64,000 nucleotides of DNA from Malassezia furfur (Eukaryota). The DNA lies in the NCBI GenBank assembly GCA_052055015.1, contig JBQJIT010000001.1. One strand, written 5' to 3'. Positions 56,417 through 64,000 of the stretch are shown in pieces. The notes under the pieces are model-generated. The model saw nothing but the letters and a program-made list of their open reading frames with translations, was not told where the DNA came from and made no database searches. The first letter of the stretch is position 1. Each line of letters begins with the position of its first letter. A program made the position numbers and the translations under genes.

Positions 56417-56861
56417 CTCGCGCTTGAAGGTCGCTCGGATACGGCCTGGACATATGTGGCTGGTAAGAACGAGCCAGCACCGATGTATGTGGCGCGCTAC
56501 TAGATAAATTGCATATCGATAACTAGGAGGGCAACAGAGTTTTTTTTTTGCATCGTAACTTCTCGAGTTAGGCGAAGGTCCTGTCCAACAGCCGAGGACC
56601 ACGCAACTTGGGTACAAAGATATGTGAAAGGGTGTTGTGCGAATGTCCTGGCTGCTCTTATGGTATGACACTCTTGCCTCCGCTTTTTGCGGTGAAAAAG
56701 GCGCTACGTCGTGACTTGACCATGGTCGGCCAAATAGCCATGCGGACATATGCGCTTGTTCCAGAGTACTAGCCACAGTCATTGCACCGACACGCATGCG
56801 CTCTCAAGCTGGTATGATTATTGGTCTATTTTGAGCATCACGACCGCGCCTCCCTATACAT

Positions 56862-57385
56862 CTAAGCATTTCCCCGCTGCTGCAATGCTTTCTGGGTGAG
56901 CCATCCAACATACCACTTGCATCACCTCGCCGACAACACGAACATTATCCTGCTTGCGATGAATAGTGTCTTGCAACTGCTCCATGTTCTTGGTAACGTA
57001 GGCAATTTTGTCTTCGTAGTGCTTTTTCGCATCGGCACGCGATTTTTCCACGAAATAACCCGTCCCAACATCGACAATCACTCTTTCCGGATCGCTGAGA
57101 CGTCCCGGAACATACAAAGAAGACGTCAGGGGAAGTAGCGACACTTTGTCTGTACAGTGAGCCTGGGTGGCCTACCTTGATTTTCCGGTCCGATGCGTTC
57201 CACCGACTCGAGACAGCCTTGGAAGCGCGTCTGCGCAAGCTTCAGCTGACCAAACATGGTCGTGAACTGCTTAAGCTCAAGCTCCAGCTGCTTGCGCACA
57301 TCGAGAAGCTGTGTAAGCTTGCCTCACCTACTTGTGGTACGTCCAAGTCGGTCACGTCGACCTGTTGCGGCTGTGTGGAGGTCAT
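56862..57385 (-). CDS. GIM5: Prefoldin subunit 5
   Basis: LPLTSSLYVPG...VIVDVGTGYFVEK; introns 57309-57331 (23 nt), 57150-57175 (26), 56892-56913 (22). Confidence 0.92.
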
Positions 57386-57431
57386 GGCCAGAGTCACACT
57401 TTCCAAGTGACACGCGCCTTATCTCCCCACG

Positions 57432-58604
57432 ATGCCGTTTAAGCAGGCCCCGCACGACCTTTTGATGGTCCCCGGCTTCATCGAGTTCTCCGATGAGGTA
57501 CTGTGGGCCAACGCACATCCCGCCGTCGGCCTCATATCGGATGAGTTTGTGTCGGCGTTCGGCGAGGTATTGGACGGTCTCCGTAGGGTGATGTATGCCT
57601 CGAAGGACTCGCAACCAGTGGTGCTGTCCGGGAGCGGGAATATGGGCTGGGATTTGGCCACGCTAAACGTGCTTGAGCCTGGAGACAATGTGCTTGTATT
57701 GCAAACGGGCCACTTCTCAGATTTGTGGGAAGAGTCTCTCTTGCCGTATGGCATCAACGTCACGAAGCTGACAGCGCCAGTGGGCCAGCGTCCCTCGATT
57801 GAAGAGATCAAGGAGGCACTGAAGCAGAAAAAGTACCGCGCGATTACTATCACGCAGGTGGATACCAGTACGGGCGTGTTGAGCGATGTGAAGGCAATTT
57901 CCGCGGCCACGCACGAGGTGAGTCCGGAGACATTGGTGTTTGTGGACGGTGTGTGCAGCGTGGGCGCTGAGGAGCTGCGTGTGGACGACTGGGGCATCGA
58001 CTTTGTGTTGACGGCACCGCAGCAGGGTCTTGGATGCCCGCCTGGTGTGTCGATCATTTTGTTGGGCCCTCGTGCTCTCAGAGCCTGTGAGGAGCGCAAG
58101 GCGCCGGTCGAGTCCTACTTCTTGAGCTTGAAGCGTTGGATCCCCGTCATGCGGTCCTTTGAAGGCGGCAAACTTGCATACCTTGCAACACCTCCGACGA
58201 ACCTTATCTTTGCCATGCAGGTGAGCCTTCGGGACATGCTCAAAGGCCCTGTTTCGCTTGAGGAGCGTTTCGAAAAGACCAAGCAAGCTTCGGCCAAGGT
58301 CAAGGCGTTCGTTGCCGAAATGGGCATGCAACAGCTTGTGTCCGAGGAGCTGCAGCGCGCGCATGGCGCAGCGAACAGCATGACGACGGTGCGCTACCCC
58401 AAGGGTATCACGGCCGCCGACATTGTGCCCAAGATGGCCGAGCGCGGCGTGGTGATCGGTGGGGGCATCCACCACACGTGCAAGGACGACTACTTCCGCA
58501 TTGGGCATATTGGCATTTCGGTCACCGACGAGTCGCGCGGCGATGTCGACAAGGTACTGACCAACCTCCGCGAGGTACTGGCCGAGGCGGGCTACAAGCC
58601 ATGA
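57432..58604 (+). CDS. AGXT paralogue lacking the PLP-binding lysine (probable pseudoenzyme)
   Basis: 390 aa and colinear with 55244-56416, but APQQGL replaces ASQKGL. Confidence 0.85.
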   Translation: MPFKQAPHDLLMVPGFIEFSDEVLWANAHPAVGLISDEFVSAFGEVLDGLRRVMYASKDSQPVVLSGSGNMGWDLATLNVLEPGDNVLVLQTGHFSDLWEESLLPYGINVTKLTAPVGQRPSIEEIKEALKQKKYRAITITQVDTSTGVLSDVKAISAATHEVSPETLVFVDGVCSVGAEELRVDDWGIDFVLTAPQQGLGCPPGVSIILLGPRALRACEERKAPVESYFLSLKRWIPVMRSFEGGKLAYLATPPTNLIFAMQVSLRDMLKGPVSLEERFEKTKQASAKVKAFVAEMGMQQLVSEELQRAHGAANSMTTVRYPKGITAADIVPKMAERGVVIGGGIHHTCKDDYFRIGHIGISVTDESRGDVDKVLTNLREVLAEAGYKP

Positions 58605-58623
58605 TGCTACCGTACATAGGCTC

Positions 58624-59800
58624 CTACTTGGAGAACATCTTTGCATACGCAGCGCGCTGCTTGTCGAGACGGGCCTTGCGGCGCTGCTCGACGGCTGCCT
58701 GTTCCTTGAGAATGCCTGCATCGTTCGGGGCATAGCGCAGCGCGTCACTTAAGTCGGTCTTCGCCTCGTCATCACGCTTCATCGCCGAGCGCGCCAGCGC
58801 ACGGCGGAAGTGGGCCTTGGCGAGCTCCGCGGCGCTGGGCGCATGCGCCTGGCCGGCGCGCTCAATGACGTGCGACGCAAGCGACTCGGCAAGCGCGTTT
58901 TGCGACGTCTTGAGTGCACACAGCGCTCCATTGAGCTGGAGGGGTGTGCGCATCGCCATGTAGTCCTTGGCGAGCTGGGCGTCGGTCGACTCGGGGAGCT
59001 CTGGGTTCACCATGAGGTAGCGCAGCGCCTTTTGGTATTTCTCGAGCGCGGGCGCCCATTCCTGTTTGCCAACGAGGCCCGCGGCAAGGTTCTTGAGGTC
59101 GGTCGCAATGCGGAGCGCCTCCTGTGGCTTCTCCTCGAGGTCCACGTCGGCGTCCTCGGGGTAGTTTTCGTAGCGGTCGCCCGTCGCGTCCGGCGCAATA
59201 CCGTAATCAAAGTCCGGCACCGCGAGCTGCTCGGGGCTGAACTCGCCGCAGTCGGCGATGGTGACCGTGTGAACAGGCACGTCGTTGGCGCCTGTGGGCG
59301 CCTGCTCGATGCGGCGCACCACGTCCTTGCCGCGGAGCACACGGCCGAAAACGACGTGTTTGCCATCGAGGTGCGGCGTGGGCACAGTGGTGATGAAGAA
59401 CTGCGAGCCGTTGGTGTTGGGTCCCGCATTGGCCATGCTCAGCAGGAAGGGCACGTCGTGTTTCCCATCGAGCTTTTCGTCTTCAAACTTTTCGCCGTAG
59501 ATCGACTCACCGCCAGTGCCGTTGCCGTTGGTGAAGTCACCGCCCTGGATCATAAAGTGCGGGATGACGCGGTGGAACGTGCTGCCCTTGAAGGTCAGCG
59601 GTTTGCCGGATACGGCGCTCGCGCCCTTCTCGCCTGTGCACAGCGCACGGAAGTTTTCGGCGGTCCTGGGCACCTTGTCCGCATACAGCTCGAGCACGAT
59701 GCGGTTCTCGCCCGCCCGCACGGGTGCGGGTGCGTCGGCGATCGCGATGTCAAGGTCTGGGTGAGTGTGTGCGCGACGTACAAACGACGGGGTTGGGCAT
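58624..59800 (-). CDS. CPR6: Cyclophilin-40 (PPIase + TPR)
   Basis: MPNPVV^YLDI (intron 59757-59781), [26 protein letters not shown]-terminal TPR ending YAKMFSK. Confidence 0.92.
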
Positions 59801-59957
59801 CGGAAGGAAGCAGCACGCACCGTGCGCGCGTGCGCGTATTTAAGCGCCGTGCGGCCGAAAGCTCTGGAAGAATCGGGCGAGGGCCGTGCGCGGTCGGGGC
59901 GCCAGGGCGCGGGGGCAGAGGCAGAACGTGGACGTCGGACAGGTGGGTATCATTCAG

Positions 59958-62171
59958 CTACAAAGCGTGTCCTGTCTGCGTCTCGCTGCTGTAGTCGAGC
60001 GTGGCATGCACGTGGTCGGGCTGCGTCGCGTTGCTGTCCCACGACACGACCTGCCGGCGCCCCGAGCGCAGCGCAGGCTTTTCCGTGTCGTGCGGCACCG
60101 GGGGCAGCGGCGACTCACGCGCGGCGGGCATGGAGAAGATCTCGGCACAGTACACGATCAGGTCCTCCATCGTGCGGTCCTCCTCGGTGGCTGCCGCCAA
60201 ACTGGTTGTCTCGTGCGCGGTCTCCGAGAGGACGACGGGCGAGAAGATCACCGCAAGGTTGGCGACTGTCATCTTGTTCCGCTCGGCGTACGCAGCGACG
60301 TGGGACAGGTGGATAAGGAGTGCGCGCAGCGTCGCTTGGTGAATCGGCGGCATCCGACGGATGCGCGACTTGAAAATGGTGAAGCCGTTGCGGAGGTGCT
60401 CCTCGCGTTCGTGCGTGTAGCGCACGCGCTCCTCCCAGCGCATGGGCATGACCGGCTCGGGCAGCTGGCGCAGGTACAGCTTGAGGATGCTCGCGACCAT
60501 GACGGGCTCTTCACGGTCCGTGTCGAACTGGAAGCCCGCCTCGTCCTGCTCGATCCGGCTGTTGAGTTCCTGGATGCGCGAGTACTTGGCGCTCAGGCGA
60601 TAGATGCCCGGCGTCTGGATGCATCGCGGCTGCTCCATGAACTGGATGCACTTGGTCACGATCAGCGGCGGGCGCACCGCGGGCACAATCAGCCCCGAGT
60701 CGGTCATCGTCGAGGGTGTTGCCGCCTCGCCGTGCGAGAAGGCGTAGTCGACGAGGCCCGTGCCAAAGATCAGGTCCTTGTATGGTCCATGCCAGTAGTT
60801 GACGTACTGCACGCGCTGCTCTGGCACGAGCGAGCGCGTGCTCGGCAGCCAGTCCTCGCACATGCGCTGCTCCGCGTCCAGGCGGTCGAGCATGTGAAGC
60901 GCGATCTGCTCGTCCTGCTTGTGCACCGAGTCGATCGACGCACAGATCGCCATCGCGTCGCGCACCTGCTTGACGCACGCGCGGTGCATCACGGCGGCGA
61001 GCTCCTTGCGCCACTCGAGGATCGATGTGACCGCCGCGCCCAGCGTCTTGTTCAGCCGGATGCGCAGCGTCTCGAGGTCAAAGATCGCCTTGCGGTACGC
61101 CTTGTCCGCCTCGTCCACGTCACGCTTCGCCTTGGCCTGCTTCACGGCAAGCACCTGCTGCGACTTCTGCGATGTGGCGTGCGGCACCGCCTCAGGCACC
61201 GCCGCAGGCACCGTTGCCGCCGGCGCGTCGTGCACCGGCGCCGCCGCACCGAGTGCCGCCGCATCACCCGCGCTCCGCTCGGTCGAAACGTCAAGCATGC
61301 GCGTGAAGAGCGCGTTGAGGCGCTTGGGTGCGCCGTCCCACGCGTCCTTTTTCCGCAGACCGTCGAGGAAGTTGGAGCGCGACTGGCCGCCGCTTGCAAC
61401 GCCGCTCGGTGACGTCACGCCGCCAGGGCTGTTGGTCGCGTAAAAGTAGCCCGCCTGCGCCTCGGGGTTCGGCGACAGCATATTGGGCGTCGCGACGTGC
61501 GCCCGGTCCACAGGCTCGCCCGACTCGGGCATCGCACGGATCGACTCGGCACCGTACGCCTCCGTGGGGGTGCGCGGCTCCTGCGCCGCGGTGGACAGAA
61601 GCATGCGCTGCTCCTCGATCGCGCGCTGCTGGTGCCGGTAGAATTCGAGTTCTTCACAGCGCTTCTCGTACGCGCGCCGGATACGCGGCAGCGTCGTGAG
61701 GCGCATCTCGTCGTAGTCGCCCACACACGTGCGCAGATCGTCCTTGACACGGCGGCGGATGCGCTCCTGCGAGTCGCGGAACTGTACAATGGGTTGCAGC
61801 GTGCTCTTCTTCCACTCAAGCAGCGTCTGCAACCGCACATCGATCGCCCACATCTCGCTCAGGCGCATGTCGCCCCACGCGTTGCGCAGGCCGGAGAGGC
61901 TGTTGACGTCGGGCAGCAAGCCGGGCGTCACGGCAAGCTTGTGGTTGATACGCAGGTCGAGGTCGCGCTGCTTTTCAAGCATCGTTTTGAGGCCGCGCAG
62001 GTGCTCCTCTTCGATGCGGTAACGCTGCTCATAGTAGGACACGTAACTATCGCTCTCAGCCAGGAGCGTCTTGAATGTTTCGAGCAGCACGTTGGCCAGC
62101 TCATTGGGTGTGATGAGTGCACCGGGCGCAGCGCCGTGCGCGCTAAAGGCCCCTTTTCCGTCGCGCTCCAT
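59958..62171 (-). CDS. F-BAR + RhoGAP protein (Rgd1-like)
   Basis: N-terminal coiled-coil F-BAR-like region (R..IEE); Rho[23 protein letters not shown]...NLAVIFSP. Start uncertain. Confidence 0.8.
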   Translation of the reverse strand: MERDGKGAFSAHGAAPGALITPNELANVLLETFKTLLAESDSYVSYYEQRYRIEEEHLRGLKTMLEKQRDLDLRINHKLAVTPGLLPDVNSLSGLRNAWGDMRLSEMWAIDVRLQTLLEWKKSTLQPIVQFRDSQERIRRRVKDDLRTCVGDYDEMRLTTLPRIRRAYEKRCEELEFYRHQQRAIEEQRMLLSTAAQEPRTPTEAYGAESIRAMPESGEPVDRAHVATPNMLSPNPEAQAGYFYATNSPGGVTSPSGVASGGQSRSNFLDGLRKKDAWDGAPKRLNALFTRMLDVSTERSAGDAAALGAAAPVHDAPAATVPAAVPEAVPHATSQKSQQVLAVKQAKAKRDVDEADKAYRKAIFDLETLRIRLNKTLGAAVTSILEWRKELAAVMHRACVKQVRDAMAICASIDSVHKQDEQIALHMLDRLDAEQRMCEDWLPSTRSLVPEQRVQYVNYWHGPYKDLIFGTGLVDYAFSHGEAATPSTMTDSGLIVPAVRPPLIVTKCIQFMEQPRCIQTPGIYRLSAKYSRIQELNSRIEQDEAGFQFDTDREEPVMVASILKLYLRQLPEPVMPMRWEERVRYTHEREEHLRNGFTIFKSRIRRMPPIHQATLRALLIHLSHVAAYAERNKMTVANLAVIFSPVVLSETAHETTSLAAATEEDRTMEDLIVYCAEIFSMPAARESPLPPVPHDTEKPALRSGRRQVVSWDSNATQPDHVHATLDYSSETQTGHAL

Positions 62172-62308
62172 GGTCGACAGCACCGTCACCGGGTCCGTCC
62201 ACACCCCAACGCTCACGCGCTCGTCGTTGGCGTGGTCGAAAGGCGCCACCCCCACGCTCGGCCGAAAAAGGGCGCCCCGCGCGCTCACCGCCCGTTCCCC
62301 CGGAAACC

Positions 62309-62957
62309 ATGTGGATGAACGTAGGTCGTGTGCTGAGCCTGCTCGCGCTCGTGTGTGCTACGGCGTCGCTCGCGCTGTCGCACAAGGACGCGAAGGTCAC
62401 CAACTACGTCTACTTTGATATCGAGCAGGGCGAAAAGACGCTCGGTCGCGTGACGCTCGGTCTCTACGGCGAGACGGCACCCAGGACCGTCGAGAACTTC
62501 GTGGCGCTGGCCCAGCGCGGCGAAGGCCGTGGCTACGCCGGCAGCAAGTTCCACCGCGTCATCAAAAACTTCATGATCCAGGGCGGAGACTACACGCGCG
62601 GCGACGGCCGCGGCGGTCTGTCGATCTGGGGCAAGAGCTTCCCGGACGAGACGTTTGCGTTGACCCACGAGGGCCCCGGCATCCTCAGCATGGTACGTCC
62701 CCTACGCCACGCTCACACAGGCAAACGCCGGCCCGGACTCGAACGGCTCCCAGTTCTTCATCACCACGGTCAAGACGCCGTGGCTCGACGGGCGCCACGT
62801 GGTCTTCGGCCGCGTCGTGGACGGCATGGACGTCGTCAAGGCCATCGAGTCCACCAAGACCTCCTCGGGCGACCGCCCGGTCGAGGACGTGGTCATCGCC
62901 GACTCGGGCATCCTTACCGATGTCGAGGCGGGCACGCCGTCCAAGGATGAGCTCTAA
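62309..62957 (+). CDS. ER cyclophilin B-type PPIase
   Basis: Signal peptide, [17 protein letters not shown]^ANAG (28-nt intron 62693-62720), [11 protein letters not shown]-terminal KDEL. Confidence 0.92.
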
Positions 62958-62964
62958 GTAGCGA

Positions 62965-64000
62965 CTACATACGCGCGCCGCCCTTGAACCAGCCCATCAT
63001 TGCCGGCTTCGTCTCGTTCCATAGGTGCTTGGTCTCGACATACTCGTCCAGGCCCTTGCTCCCGAGCTCGCGCCCGTTGCCCGACAGGCCGAAACCGCCC
63101 CACTCCGCCTGCGGCGTGTAGGCACCGTACGTGTTGACCCACACCGTGCCATGGCGCAGGCGCCGCGCGACGCGCTCTGCACGCGCCGTGTCCTTGCTCT
63201 GGACGCCGCCTGCAAGGCCATATTGCGTGTCGTTGGCAAGACGCACCGCCTCGTCCTCGTCGCCATCCTTGAAGCGCTCCACGGTCAGGATCGGGCCAAA
63301 GGTCTCCTCTTGCACGATCCGCATCGACCCGTTGCAGCGGTCCACGACGGTGGGCAGGAAGAAGTAGCCCTTGGAGAGCTCCGGGTGCTCCTTGGCATCG
63401 GGGCGGCAGCCGCCACACAGCACCTGGCCGCCCTCCTCGCGCGCGAGCTTCACGTAGCCCTCGACCTTGGCGAGGTGCTCTGCCGAGACCAGCGGGCCCG
63501 TCTCGCTCTCAGGATCCAGACCGCTGCCCATGCGAATCTGCTTGGCACGCTCCACGACGCCGGCGATGAGGCGGTCCGCAATCGAATCCTCGACAATGAG
63601 GCGCGCGCCCGACGAGCACACCTGGCCCGAGTGCGTAAACACGGCCGTGAGCACGTTGTCGATGGCCAAATCGAGGTCGCAGTCGGCAAACACCACGTTG
63701 GGGTTCTTGCCACCGAGCTCGACCGTGCACCGCTTGATCGTCTCGGCGCAGCTGCGGATGATGTTGCGGCCGGTCGACAGGCCGCCGGTGAAGGACACCA
63801 GGTCGACGTCCTTCGACTCGGTGAGCGTCGGTCCAACCGACGCGCCGGACGCCGTCAAGAGCTGCACGCTCTTCGACGGGAAGCCGGCCTCAAGCAGCAG
63901 CTTGACCAGGTAGATGGTGGAGAGCGGCGTGACCTCCGAAGGCTTCACAATCACCGCATTGCCCGTCGCCAGCGCGGGCGCAAGCTTCCAGCACAGCTGC
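62965..64000 (-). CDS. Aldehyde dehydrogenase, betaine-aldehyde DH-like (5' part outside window)
   Basis: WK.APALA.GN..IVKPSE, FTGG, ELGGKNP, GQVCSSG (catalytic Cys), EETFGP, WGGFGLSGNGRELG. Confidence 0.88.
   Translation of the reverse strand, partial: QLCWKLAPALATGNAVIVKPSEVTPLSTIYLVKLLLEAGFPSKSVQLLTASGASVGPTLTESKDVDLVSFTGGLSTGRNIIRSCAETIKRCTVELGGKNPNVVFADCDLDLAIDNVLTAVFTHSGQVCSSGARLIVEDSIADRLIAGVVERAKQIRMGSGLDPESETGPLVSAEHLAKVEGYVKLAREEGGQVLCGGCRPDAKEHPELSKGYFFLPTVVDRCNGSMRIVQEETFGPILTVERFKDGDEDEAVRLANDTQYGLAGGVQSKDTARAERVARRLRHGTVWVNTYGAYTPQAEWGGFGLSGNGRELGSKGLDEYVETKHLWNETKPAMMGWFKGGARM

Noticed and set aside
2589..62957. Apparent frameshifts or pseudogenes in many genes (sid1, HNT3, RAV1, SLA2, GIM5, ARC35, SKI2)
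   Set aside because: Each break is explained exactly by a GT-AG micro-intron with a branch motif.
1..64000. Prokaryotic operons, CRISPR arrays, transposons or defence systems
   Set aside because: Gene content and spliceosomal introns are eukaryotic; no repeat-spacer array, transposase, reverse transcriptase or terminal repeats were seen.

Overview
GC-rich, extremely compact fungal nuclear DNA. Gene content and intron style point to a Malassezia-like basidiomycete (Ustilaginomycotina); the species cannot be determined from the sequence. The window opens on the mating-type b (HD) locus, a divergent HD1/bE and HD2/bW pair. It holds about 35 tightly packed protein genes in all: DEAH helicase, Ies1, NudCD1, aprataxin, a divergent siderophore acyltransferase/ornithine N5-monooxygenase pair, Sec3, NAPE-PLD, LDAH, Rav1, mitochondrial AAT, Pol X, AT-hook protein, Srf1-like, M28 peptidase, Rrp5, Sla2, Cap64-like, AN1 zinc finger, arrestin-like, Ski2, DUF1764, Gep4, Arpc2, a methyltransferase, two AGXT paralogues around prefoldin-5, two cyclophilins, an F-BAR RhoGAP and a truncated ALDH. 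There is also one intron-containing tRNA. Main hidden structure: I located 42 spliceosomal introns by hand, all 21-33 nt, with a hard floor at 21 nt (GTRNGT...CTNAC-NCAG). Ten are in-frame and stop-free, so the ORF track reads through them; one splits the bW homeodomain recognition helix. Other notable points are an AGXT paralogue lacking the PLP lysine, a UAG-anticodon tRNA with a short variable loop, a Gep4 ORF fused to a second mitochondrial-precursor-like segment, and near-zero intergenic distances. No CRISPR arrays or transposons were seen.
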